The notes under the pieces are model-generated. The model was given only the letters and a program-made list of their open reading frames with translations. It did not search any database and was not told the DNA's origin. 64,000 nucleotides of DNA from Paramoeba atlantica (lineage: Eukaryota > Protista > Discosea): contig CDRNVI010000004.1 in NCBI GenBank assembly GCA_977017575.1, positions 124,001-188,000 on the forward strand, read 5' to 3'. The position numbers and the translations under genes were made by a program. Below are positions 45,031 through 56,589 of this stretch, piece after piece; position 1 is the first letter of the stretch; the number at the start of each line of letters is the position of its first letter.

Positions 45031-48000
45031 TTGGAGGTAGTTTCTCTCACACAAGAGAGAAGGGGGGGAGGGGCATCTTCATATGTGGCCAACAGTGAAA
45101 TTACCCGCGATGACATCGCGAAAGCTAATAAAAAAAACCCGGCACGTGCTCCTAGAAAGTTGCGCAATTGGGAGAACCAGCAGACAAGCACAGAAGAGGA
45201 ACTTTTCGCCAGCGTCCTTCCGATTGATCACTCTGAATTCATAACAGAGCTAAACACCTGCAAAGACATTCCGAACAGTTGTCGACAGGAGTGAGCAAAA
45301 GTCTTCAGTGAGTGTCTTTCGTCCGCTGTCCGAGAAAATACTTTAGATGCATGGACTCTCCTTGCCATGCTACCAAAGTGTGTACTGCCGGCCCCTCATC
45401 GTGGGGGGAACAAAGCAAAAATGTCTTACGATTCACACGTTCAGAAGTGTCTCGCTAGGTGGTCGCGGAAAGAATTTTTCCCTCTTTGGAAAGAAACGAT
45501 ATCGAGTGTACAGCGCAAGAAACGTATGACACAAGCGCAGAGTCCCGAAGACGAAGGGAAAAAAGCAGCTCTACGAGAAGAAAGGCTTGTCCGCGACGGG
45601 GAACTCTCTAGGGCTATGACCGCGCTGACTTCCGCTCCATTAGCCCCGGATGACGATACCTATGTTAAGCTTCAAGTGAAGCATCCGGCCCGACGTTCCG
45701 CACCGACCATATCCCTCAATTCAAAACCAGAATTAGACTTAAATCCGCTTAAAGCAACGGAAGAAGAAGTAGCGGAGGCGCTCTTAACTTTTCATCGAGG
45801 GTCATCGAGTGGTGCTTTTGGCCTCCGTCCAGAGCACGTCCAAGTAGCTCTCCAGTACCACCATGACGCCCATACGGACCCATTAGACACGTTGACGAAA
45901 TTTACGAATCATATGCTTGCGGGGAACATGCCGCTTGAGGTTCAATGCTACTTCGTCGGGGGCCGTTTATGCGCTTTAAAGAAAGGTGATCAAGACGTAC
46001 GCCCAATAGCCGCAGGAGAGACGCTCCGTCGCCTGGTGAGTAAAGTCGCCTGCCTCTCCGCCAAAGCAAGAGCTCGTAAGCTTTTCAAGGGACACCAATA
46101 CGGGGTAGCTACGCCAGCGGGGGCCGAGCGCGTTATTCATCTATGCAGACAGACTTTCGCTTCTCACGTGGACGACGACGACTTTGTTTTATGTAAAATA
46201 GACCTTAAAAACGCATTCAACCACGTGTCCCGCAACTGGATCATCGCATTGACTCGCGAACATTTTCCCGCCCTCAGCCACTACGTAGATTGGTGCTACT
46301 CTTCGGAGAGCTCACTTAGTTTCGGCACACGCACCATTTCGTCTTCTGAAGGAGTGCAACAAGGCGATCCTCTAGGTCCCCTTCTTTTCTCTCTGGTTTT
46401 GAGAGAAGCTGCGGCTGAAATCCGCACAGTAGCTCCAAAGCTCGATTTAAACCTTTGGTATCTGGATGACGGTGTACTGGCTGGATCATCGTGTGATGTG
46501 CGACACGCATTTGACATATTGGAAATGAAGGGCCCGCAATGGGGTTTACGCCTCAACGCAGCGAAATGTGAACTCGTCACTCACCCCTCATCATCCCATC
46601 GCTCCCTCGTTTTCCCTGACCTCCCCGCTATGAATAAGAATGCGGTGGGTAATTTCCATCTTTTAGGTAGTCCGTCGGGATCAGATGAGTTCTGCCATCA
46701 ATTCCTTCTCAACAACGCCCTCGAAATGGCAGAAGACTCGCTGATGGCCATAACTGCACTCGAAGATCCTCAAGTAGCTCTTTGCCTCATCCGGCAGTGC
46801 ATCGGCTTTTGTCAAATGGTTTACTCACTCCGCACCATCCCCACATCGGAGCTACGGGATCTCTGTCGGCGCCTAGACGACACTGTCCAGACCACCGTTG
46901 AAAACTTCTTCCGTCCACTGAACGATGCTGCACGACGACAGACGCAACGAGACAAACGTTTCGGTGGGTTGGGGCTTCGTTCGGCAGAAGAACATGCCGC
47001 CTCAGCATATGTTTCCTCAGTTGCCTTTGCATCAGATAGAGACGGTTGGGATCCCACTGAGGCACAAGGGTTTGAGGAGGCCGTACAGGACGTTAACACG
47101 CGGGTGGGGAAGAGTATAGTTGACGGCGAAACAGGTAGAATACCCAGTGTTTCGGCACTATCAGAACGTCCCTCCTTTCGCACCTCTGGAGCGCAAGAAT
47201 CGGGTAACGAACTTGTAGTTCCACGACAGCGAGACCTCAGCCACGCCATTTCTTCCCACGAGTTTGAGAAAGCACTTACCAACGCTGACGCAATAACAAG
47301 AGCCCGCTGGATTTCTGAAACGGGCGAAGGGGCATCCGAATGGGCATTCACTCTACCTTCCAAGAAAAATGGCCTAGCGTGCACACCAACGGAGTTTCGA
47401 ATGCTGGTGCGTTGGTGGCTTGGGGAAAACATATACCCAGGTCCCCGACCCTGCCCCATGGAGAAATGCACGCAGCCGCTAGGTCCAGAGGGGGACCACG
47501 CGCTGTCGTGTAAAAGCGGGCACGGTATTACCTCTCGCCATAACGCATTAGCGTCCCAATTTGCGGCCGAATGCACGAAAGCCGGGCTTGCGCCCAAGCG
47601 AGAGGTGAGCCTCGGGAATAAGGGTCCAGGGGGCACTCTCACTAGGCCAGGGGATGTCTTCATTACAAATAGCGGCCTAGGTCGGGCTCTTGTACTCGAC
47701 TTTGCCGTCACCCATGTCCAGCAACAAAAATATACGGACACAGTCCGTGACGCTAACTGGGTGACGGCGGGGTCGTTTGCGGAGCAATACGCGACAACCA
47801 ATAAGGTGAAACAACGAGAGGAGGCGGAAGCGGCGCGCTTCAAATTTGCCGCGATGGTCGTAGAATCCTACGGCTCGTGGTGCCCCAGCGCTATGGCAGT
47901 TCTCCGGAAGGTTGCCGTGGATAGGGCGGCCAACGCAGGAAATAACCTATCAAAAGGAGAGGCCCTTCATCAACTGCTCATATCACTGAATGTGACACTC

Positions 48001-48087
48001 ATGAGATCACAAGCTCGCATGCTTGTCGTGCGACTTCCCGCAGAGGGCTCCGATACAGCTCTCCTTGGCTACGGAAAAGAAGAATAG
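45031..48087 (+). mobile_element. CRE/SLACS-like non-LTR retrotransposon (RT + CCHC + RLE); one in-frame TGA at 45292
   Basis: VRPIAAGETLRRL, QYGV, IDLKNAFN, GVQQGDPLGPLLF, WYLDDG, GGLGL, C...C...HALSC, RHN, RPGD, DFAV. Confidence 0.93.
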
Positions 48088-48599
48088 CTAATCAAAGAAT
48101 CACCGCGTATTGATTTTAGTTCGATTTTCCATGGGGACAAGGGGGGTGGATGCGGGTTAGGTAAAAATGGCGCGGCCTGTGCTGAACTTTGCTCATTTAC
48201 TCGCCTTGGGTTTAGCCTGGATTTAGGGGAGTTAAAATTGTTTGCTAGTTTTCGGGTGGGCAAAAAAAAATATTGCCAATTTGATTGCTTGTTTTCAACT
48301 CGTATACCCCCCCCAATGGACCTACTTGGTTCGTCTGCTGGGTCAAAATATAGAGGCAATGCCGCGATTCATACTTCTCCCCCCTTATTAATTGCAAAAA
48401 AAAGAAAACAAAAATATATACGGACACAGTCCGTGACGCTATCGTCGGATACAAGCTGAGTTTGAAAGGCAAACCGTCGCACAGACAATTTCCAGTAATC
48501 CGGTTGAAGTGGAACTACGAGAGCTACAGTCGGTTGAATCTGTCCCACAGAAATCGAATAACATCTGCACGGACCGAGTGCTGGATAAACGAAATGCGG

Positions 48600-49080
48600 T
48601 AGAACTTTACTCTTCGTACACTGCACAAAATGTAAGTGCACGATTTCCGCAGAAGTCGCCGAGCAACATCCTTGCAAAGCCCGCCGCATTCGCTCCGGCC
48701 CAGATCTTGCCATCATGTGGCCTCACATCGGTGAGGTGCTCTATGATTTTACAGTGGTCCACACGTGCTGTACTAGCTATGCGAAACAAACCAGCTCTGC
48801 CCTCATGCAACAGGTCGCCGACAGAAAGTACAAGAAATATGTGGTTGAGAAAGGCGTCGCCAGCGATTCATTCAAATGTCTAGCCGCAACAGATTGCGGA
48901 CTGCTACATGTTGATACAAAGGCCCTATTAAAGGCTCTCTCACAAAGAGCGAAGCTGAACTATGATAACGTGCGCAATGCGTTCCAACTCGAGATTGAGA
49001 AGATGTCAGCTTATACGATAGTATCTCAACTCAGAGACTACATCCCGGCAGAGAAATGGATGGGAGGACTTCGGTTGTAA
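48600..49080 (+). pseudogene. RLE fragment of a CRE-like element
   Basis: HCTKCKC...HPCK...RSGPDLAIMW...YDFTVVH...RKYKKY. Confidence 0.7.
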
Positions 49081-49103
49081 GGAGTCAGCGGACACGTCTA
49101 CAT

Positions 49104-49144
49104 GTATCTTGAATATTTATTTATTTAGTTAGTTAGTTAGTTAG

Positions 49145-49195
<51 letters not shown>

Positions 49196-49196
49196 T
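49104..49196. repeat. (TTTA)n/(TTAG)n microsatellite
   Basis: Directly visible. Confidence 0.95.
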
Positions 49197-49713
49197 GAGA
49201 AGCGAACCCATGTCACAAGCGAAAAGCATTTCTAGAATGCTTACTGTGACCCCCTCCTTTATTATGGACACTTTTTCAGCTTTTGTCCATAATAAAGGGG
49301 GGGGGATGAAAAGGGTGTGGAAAAAAAATTGGCGCCGCGAAGCGGCGCCATGTCTTCTCATAATACGGCCAAAAATATCCAAACTGTAAAATGCATGGCC
49401 ACGAGCGCGGGCAAGGATCCTTGCATAATTCTCGAATTGTAACACCAGGGGCAGACGACCTCGCGCCTGCCGACCCGTTGCCCATCCATGCTTTAAATCA
49501 GTTGTGTACAGTCGTTAGAAAAAAATTGATGATTGCGACAGGCGAACGACCAGTGGTAAGTGCGTGTGGTTTTTCGTCGGAAAGACGAGCCTAACGAGCC
49601 CACGCAGATGGTGGAGGGAACGATTCGGAAACAAGGGTTGGAGCTGTGGGGGATGTGGTCTGACGAGCCGGATAAGAAGTTTAACGAGTTAAACTAACTA
49701 ACGCAAGGGGGCC

Positions 49714-50103
49714 ATGATTTCTTTCATTCTTGGACAAGATAAGTTTCCACGACAGCTATCGCTTAGCACGGCCATTTTTGCATGCCTCTACTACGCATAT
49801 CATTTCATTCTTGTTTATATCAAAGGGTGCGTGATGTACGTGTACGATAGCTTTGTCGGATATGCATCTGAGTCATATCATGACAACATCATAAAATTTA
49901 AAGAGCGTGTGAGCAAGCATTTCAACGTGCCCCCCGAAGCTTATGAGATAAGAAAAGTAGCATGTCCACAGCAAAGTCCCGGCGAAAACACTTGTGCTAT
50001 ACATGTAGTAAACAACATGTATCGTGTTTTGTTTAAGGTATCAGACAAGGATGTTCTATTTCGTTGGAATCTTAACAAGCAATGGGTTCCTCCTGATTTC
50101 TGA
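49714..50103 (+). CDS. Ulp1/SUMO protease (peptidase C48)-like catalytic fragment
   Basis: HFILV...YVYDS...CPQQ...NTCAIHV gives the H-D-Q-C order typical of C48 proteases. Confidence 0.65.
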   Translation: MISFILGQDKFPRQLSLSTAIFACLYYAYHFILVYIKGCVMYVYDSFVGYASESYHDNIIKFKERVSKHFNVPPEAYEIRKVACPQQSPGENTCAIHVVNNMYRVLFKVSDKDVLFRWNLNKQWVPPDF

Positions 50104-50111
50104 AAAGAATA

Positions 50112-50610
50112 CAGGGGGGGTCCACCAAAACTGACTAGCTTCGCATTTTAGCCTCGTGAGGCCGTTTGAACTAATTTTTGTTGCAAACGAGAGATCTCGT
50201 TCTGAATATCGTGGCTACACTATTTAGAACCCGTTTATATAAGTCTGATATTTTACGCTTCGAAAATACTGAAATTTGAGACGATTTATTTTACAAAAAA
50301 GCACAAAAAATAGTAGAAAAGTTGGTTTTCTCTTCTTTTTTCTTCGTTATGGGCAAACGGCTTAGATTAAACCGTCGCCAATTGTCTCCAGAGCAGTTTT
50401 CGTATTCCGTACGAGCCCTGTCTATCGGTACAAGGCACGTTTTGATGAGTCAGGTGACGTGGCACGTACGAGCTACTCGCGCGATACCACTTGTTGGCGG
50501 AGTGTCACGAGGCGTATGTGAACAGATTACAGAGTCTTCCCACACGCCTCGCTACCCTAGGTGGGAATACTGGATATTAAGACTTAGTTTCTACGGCGTA
50601 AGGCCAAAAA
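50112..50610 (+). mobile_element. Internally deleted copy of the 29921-31131 Tc1 element (left TIR only)
   Basis: Near-identical left TIR and pieces of the transposase joined across deletions. Confidence 0.85.
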
Positions 50611-51105
50611 TTACTAAACCGGGGTTTATTAAGCTCAGTTCGTCCCCTTTTCTCCTTTGTGTGATTTGAAAGCTGACGAAATTAGCTAGCTACAGATACT
50701 CTAAAAAAGAGAAAAAAAAACGAAAAAGTGGGGAAAAAATTTGGCGCCGCTCCGCGGCGCCCGGTCGGATTTGTCCATAATAAAGGGGGGGGATACCCCC
50801 TGTCCATATTAAAGGGGGGGGTGACAGTAAATCATAATTCGATGCTCCTTCTTTCCTATCTCCTCCTTTGACACCCTATATTTCCCCTCTTCCTCATTCA
50901 TTGAATTCATTCCGTTGCTTGTTTCAGGATGTAGAATCCAGTTGCTAAAGAACCACTTATTAAGACCAAAAAAAACAAAATGCGTATTTAATTTAGTTCA
51001 ATACACATGAATATTTCAGCACGTAAACCATAATATTTTATTACGGTAGAAAGTCTCACACCTCCGGCAGAAGGGAGGTCGGCTGACAAACTCCTCCCGC
51101 AGCCG

Positions 51106-54059
51106 TTGTCACCTCCCGAAGCCGTGGACGCGATTGAATATATCGAGAACGGTGATCCTTTCCATGACTGCGAGGCGCCGCCTGAGATTGACCTCCATCA
51201 AATTTGCGCTGCGACATCTGCACTGCAGGCCGTAAATCCGCATGTCCAATTTCCTCACACACACGATGAGTTAGTCAACATTGTTGCGCATGCAAAGCGA
51301 GGTAACATTTGTACGATAGCCTGGACTTTCGACTGTCAGGATACGCTGAACATATCCCGGGGAGAAGTTATTTCGACCAATCGAAGAGGTGGTAAGATGA
51401 AGCTTTCCTTGGATTATGTGGGTATTCAGGGACATAAAATGAACGAAAAATTCAAAGGATTTCTTCCACCGCAACCGAATATGCGTGTCTACATGGTTTA
51501 CTGGGAACAACCGCATACATCCAGCACAGCTCCATCAATACAAGCTCCCGTTCAACAGACCGCTACACGACACACAGATGAAGACCTCGACTTTGCCCCC
51601 ATGCCTACACTTCGAACGATCGATCCCGAATTTGCCGCATGCGCAATCGCCATTTACAGAGACATCATCAGACACTATGCTGACGTATCACACGATGAGC
51701 GAAATGACATATGGAACAGAGTGTTGTCGGCAATGAAGCACTCGCTTGCCACCGTGCGGACAATGTCGACGCGGAAAAGACACACGCGACTTACACCAGA
51801 AAGCAACACTCCACAAACATCTGAAGTAGAGGAACAAAGAGTAAATGCTCGAGCCATAAAAAAAAGCCACGCGGCTAGTCATCGAAGGATGCGTATCCAA
51901 GGCAGCAAAAGTCTTGGACCAAAAGGTTCAAAAGCACACGCTAAATGATCAAGAAATATGCCAAAAGTTGCGGGATCTACATCCTCAAGACTGGGATACT
52001 TTCGATCTTCCGCCCGATTCTCCTGAAATTGCCATCCTATCGACTGAAGAATTGAGAGCTGCAGGACGGCGATTAGCCAAAGGATCTGCCCCCGGCCCAA
52101 CTGGCACCACAGATGGAATTATTCGGCTTTTGCTGGACGATGAAATTTGTTGCATGTCAATGTGCCATATGTTTGCGGATCTAATTAATGGTTTTCTGTC
52201 GAAACAAGTCATGAATAGGCTCAAACGTGCTCGTCTAGTGGCGTTACCAAAGCAAAACAACGGAGTTAGACCGATATGCGTTGGGGAAGTTTTTCTCAAG
52301 CTAGCGGGTATCATTTTGGTTGCAAGACATGAGCACACATTCGAAAAATTGTTCTCGCCACTACAGTTTGGAGTTTCAGTGGAATCCGGATGCGAGAAAG
52401 TCATACACCGTCTACGACAGCACTACGGTGAAGGCAAATCAATTCTGTCCATCGATCTTGCCAACGCCTTTAACTCGCCTACGCGTGGTGACATGGCAAA
52501 AACCGTTTTTGGCATGTGCACTTTGAGCCCCTTTAGAAGATTTTTTCACACAGAGTACGCAGAGCCATCTGAGCTTCTCTACTATGGTAAAGACGGAGAG
52601 CTCGTTGATACCATACTCAGCTCAACTGGAGTGCGACAGGGTTCCCCGTTATCAACGCTGTATTTTTGTACGTTCATGCAACCTATCCTGGAAACCATCG
52701 CTGCACAATTCCCGCAAATTAAGGTGTTTGCATACGTCGATGATATAAATTTGGTTTCAGAGGATAAAAAAGCGTTGACGGAGGCGTTTCTGCTGTTAAA
52801 CGAGCTCTTCAAGGAAAAGCGAGTTACCATGGCGAAACATAAGTGTATTTGGTATGGAGGACTTCATGGCGTGGTGATCCCAGAAGAGCTTGCGGAAGAA
52901 GGTGTTAGAACTGAAAACGCAGCTCTAAAAGTTTTGGGGGCCTACATAGGAAATGATATCATTAGCGAAAGGTTGTTACAAAAGCTTGGGGATCACGAAA
53001 CAATCTTTGGCAGGTTAAAGACGATGGGGATGAATAACATTTCGCTGCTCTTGCTATCGAAATGTGTAAACATTCGGCACAGATTTCATATGCGTGTTCA
53101 CACGCCGGAAGCCACCGAGAAACTCTGTCTGAATTTCGACAACGAAGTCGAGGGAGTGCTGCAGAAATGGCTCGGAAATATAAGTGATAAGGTGGTATCG
53201 TGGTGTCGCCTTCCTCTGAAGAAAGGAGGGCTAGGGTTACCTTCGTCATCTCAGATCCGTAATGCTGCGTATGAATCGTCTTTGCGTGTTTCTCTTGAGC
53301 GCCCTAATTCAGCTCGGTTAACACGTGAAGCAGAAAATTACTCAGCAGAAAGAATTACAAACGATGAAGAAGTAACTGAGAAGATGCACAACCTAAAGGT
53401 ATACAAAGAACTGACGGAAGGAGATGCAGAAATTGCACCCCGCCTCAAAGCATGCAGTGAGAAAGGCAGTAACGATTGGTTACAATCGAGATACAGGCAA
53501 AATCCAAATTGATTCCAACTCCAGCCTTTACGCTGGTGGTGATGTCACGCCTTGGGATTGCGCCGGGGAATCTACCACAAAATCTCCTCTGCCCAGGATG
53601 TAAAACGGTTCTGGATGCGTCAAATGCACTGGAAATAATCCGACCACGCGACACAATGCTCTAGTCCGACGTTTATACGAACTCTGTCTCAAAGCAGGCC
53701 TTACGTGCGAAAAAGAGCCACGCCAGTGTTTAAAGTGCGGAGAATCTGTCAGCGACAAACAGAGAAACGAGCATCAAAAAAAATGTGGGTACGGTTCCTT
53801 TCACAGAAGTGGACCAGACCTGGTAATCTATTGGCCATCAGGTGAAATTTACTACGACATAACAGTGGTAAATGAGCTGTCTAAAACAAATTTAGGCAAG
53901 AAAGGCTCCAAACTAATGGAGGACGCACGAAAACGAAAGATTGAAACTTACGTGAGTTCCGGGCTAATCCCGAGCGAAAATTTTATATGCCTGCCAATGT
54001 TAGCAGGAGGAGCCTTGGATGGAAGCCTCTTGACCGTGTTAAAATGCAAGAGAAGGTAG
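51106..54059 (+). mobile_element. Second CRE-like non-LTR family: N-terminal ORF + RT (51914-53512) + frameshifted CCHC/RLE
   Basis: APGPTG, VRPICVGE, QFGV, IDLANAFN, GVRQGSPLS, AYVDD, GGLGL, then CPGC...RHNAL...SGPDLVIYW...YDITVV. Confidence 0.9.
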
Positions 54060-54718
54060 CACGCCCTGTCAGTATCATGATTAAAGGACAAGAACTAGAG
54101 CAAGTCAAAGTATTCACGTACTTAGGGTCCATCATTGAGGAAAATGGAGAGATCAACGCTACCATATCGCATAACATAAGGTCTTCCTGGTCGAAAATAA
54201 AGTACTTGGACCGCCTATGGAACAACAGTGCTTTATCGCGCAGCACGAAAACTAGATTCTTCAAAGCTTTTGTGATTCCACGGTTAACTTACGCATGTTC
54301 CACCTGGGCTGTAGACGAAAGACAGCTCAAATGGATCACTAAGGAGTATATGAAAATGGCAATGAAAGCTAGTGGAATATCCGCCACACAGCTCATCAAA
54401 GTCCAGAATGAATTACATGGCCCAGACGAGGAGGAGCACATATATCTATTAAAACGCAGAAGCCACGAAGAAATACTTTCTACTAGAAGACTACCACATA
54501 TACGTGAAGTAATCGAAAAGCAAATACTGAGCTACGCAGGCCATGTAGCTAGAATGGGCCCCGAACGCCTACCAAACAATTTACTTTTCGGAACCATCGA
54601 TTCAGAGAAAAGATTAAAGAGAGATCCACCACATATCCGTACAATATATCGGTGTCTACATAAAACTGGTATATCGCCCGAAAACTGGAAACAAGCATCT
54701 CAGAACCGTGCGCAGTGA
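54057..54718 (+). pseudogene. 3' fragment of an RTE-like non-LTR RT
   Basis: ELEQVKVFTYLGS, LTYACSTW, LSYAGHVARM.PERLP..LLFG. Confidence 0.75.
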
Positions 54719-55935
54719 AAAAAAGACATTGACGTAACAGCATAGCCCAATAGTTTAAGAAGACACCGTGCAATATAAACAGTGCCGAGTAACCCATAAT
54801 TCAGAGGACTTACTCACATTTTATAGAGTCTAACGAATATTGTAAGGTTGATGAATATTTCTGCTAAGGTGAGTAAACATACAAAGATATACACATAACA
54901 TGGGTGTGTCTGGTGATAATTAAGCAAATCACTAAATAACTAAGTCACGATCTATCGGTGTTCTTAGTGCACGCCAATCAGTCGCTGACTCGATGACTTT
55001 TCTCGATCGGCACAACAGACACCAAAGTACTCTTGGAAGGGGCGCACCAGCCTTCTCTGGTGAGGCCATATCCCTAGCTGGACAAACGGCCTGAAAATAG
55101 AAATAGAATAGACCGTGTTAAAATGCCTGGCCGACGTTTCTGGTCGTGAGCGTGAGGAGGTTGTACAGGACTTCAAAATAAAACTACAACAGTCAAATGG
55201 GACTATACTTTCGTCTCAGATAGCGAAGGCCGTTCCAAATTGATAGCGTAACCGTTAATAGCTTACATAGAAGCGTAGGCTAATTTTTTTTATAACCCTC
55301 AAATATGTGGGGGTAGCGCCGATTCTCTGTGTTGATTGAGTTGAGTCTTCTATCTCAGAAAAACTCCGTGGCCCTACGGGGCACATGATATTTCATTTTA
55401 CAATGTTTTCTTACAAGTTGTTTTTAATGTAGGCACATACTCCGCGGATGGAGTTGATCACCTGCCGATTCCGACAATGCGATCAGTGAGCCCCGATTTT
55501 TTTCGCGAGAATCAATATGGGTTTCGACCAGATCGCTCAACAACTCAAGCCCAGGCGATTCTCAACGAAGCAAGAGTTAAAGCCTTGCGGGAAAATGGGC
55601 TCAACAAAAAAAAAAGTGAAGGCGCACTCGTCTCGGATGTCGACTAGTCCCTCGCCGATATTAAACCAAAAAGATATTTTATGTATAAAATGGTTTTCTA
55701 TAGACGCAAATAAAGAAAATTTCATGTTGGAGTTTCTTGAACACAACATTCTATAAATTGAATTTAAGAAACTACGACAATTCCGCCATCCTATGCCGGA
55801 CGGTCAGCCCTCCGTTTCTGACGTCATGCGTCAATTGACGCTGTTGACTACCAAATTCGAATCAAATTCAAGTCAATTGCAAGTGTTGCAGGAAGGGATG
55901 GGGATCTACAATCCGAACTGAGACGGCTAGATCGT

Positions 55936-56589
55936 ATGGAAGGAGATCTAAACAGGTTGAGCACGCAAAACAAGGAGGCGCTCCAAATGGTAGCACGATC
56001 CTCGGACTCTCCGACGTACGATATTTCGGTGCACGATCTGCCGCAAGAACACGTGTTACAGCCCGAGCACTGGAAACCTGAGCATTACTGCTCGGACAAT
56101 CTCCGACGACAGCTCATCCAGCGCGTAGAGCACGAGGTGAGAAAACTATTTGGGAACTCTGCGGATCCTACGGCCGTGCCGGGAGATGATATAGGTCTGA
56201 AGGACGCTCTAGACACGATTCAAAGTCACCTTGAATGCTGCGATGAACTGGTTAAACGGGGCCAGGAGGTGTCGATGAAATCGATTTCCCCTGCCATAGA
56301 AAACGTAATCTTCTTGCGCTACAAACACAAGTGGGGCCGTCGTGTTGCGCTGCAATGGAAAGACACACTCAAGTGTGCGCCAATCGGATTTAAGTATGAC
56401 ACGGCGCACAACACCGCAATGGAATTTTACAAAAACTGCTCGATTGCTCAAGGCGCGGTTGCTGTCTCGCAAGCAAAAAACGACGGAGAGCGCGGGTTCG
56501 CTGCCAGTGGGCGCGGGAGAATCCGCGGGCGTGGAGGTCGAGGAGGTCGTGGCTACGCAGCTTCGACGGCTGCTCCCTCGTACCAATGA
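55936..56589 (+). CDS. Gag-like ORF of YR element 1 (probably begins at 55793 with a frameshift)
   Basis: Coiled-coil-like N-terminus and RGG-rich C-terminus; position upstream of a YR as in VIPER. Confidence 0.55.
   Translation: MEGDLNRLSTQNKEALQMVARSSDSPTYDISVHDLPQEHVLQPEHWKPEHYCSDNLRRQLIQRVEHEVRKLFGNSADPTAVPGDDIGLKDALDTIQSHLECCDELVKRGQEVSMKSISPAIENVIFLRYKHKWGRRVALQWKDTLKCAPIGFKYDTAHNTAMEFYKNCSIAQGAVAVSQAKNDGERGFAASGRGRIRGRGGRGGRGYAASTAAPSYQ

Larger units (their letters stand above)
49244..50827. mobile_element. TA-flanked TIR element carrying a Ulp1-like protease ORF and a nested Tc1 derivative
   Basis: TA|CTGTGACCCCCTCCTTTATTATGGACA ... TGTCCATATTAAAGGGGGGGGTGACAG|TA; subterminal inverted GC hairpins. 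Confidence 0.65.

Noticed and set aside
46821-47843. 340-aa minus-strand ORF (likewise 57621..58175 and 39185..39619)
   Set aside because: Antisense shadows of GC-rich TE ORFs with no motifs
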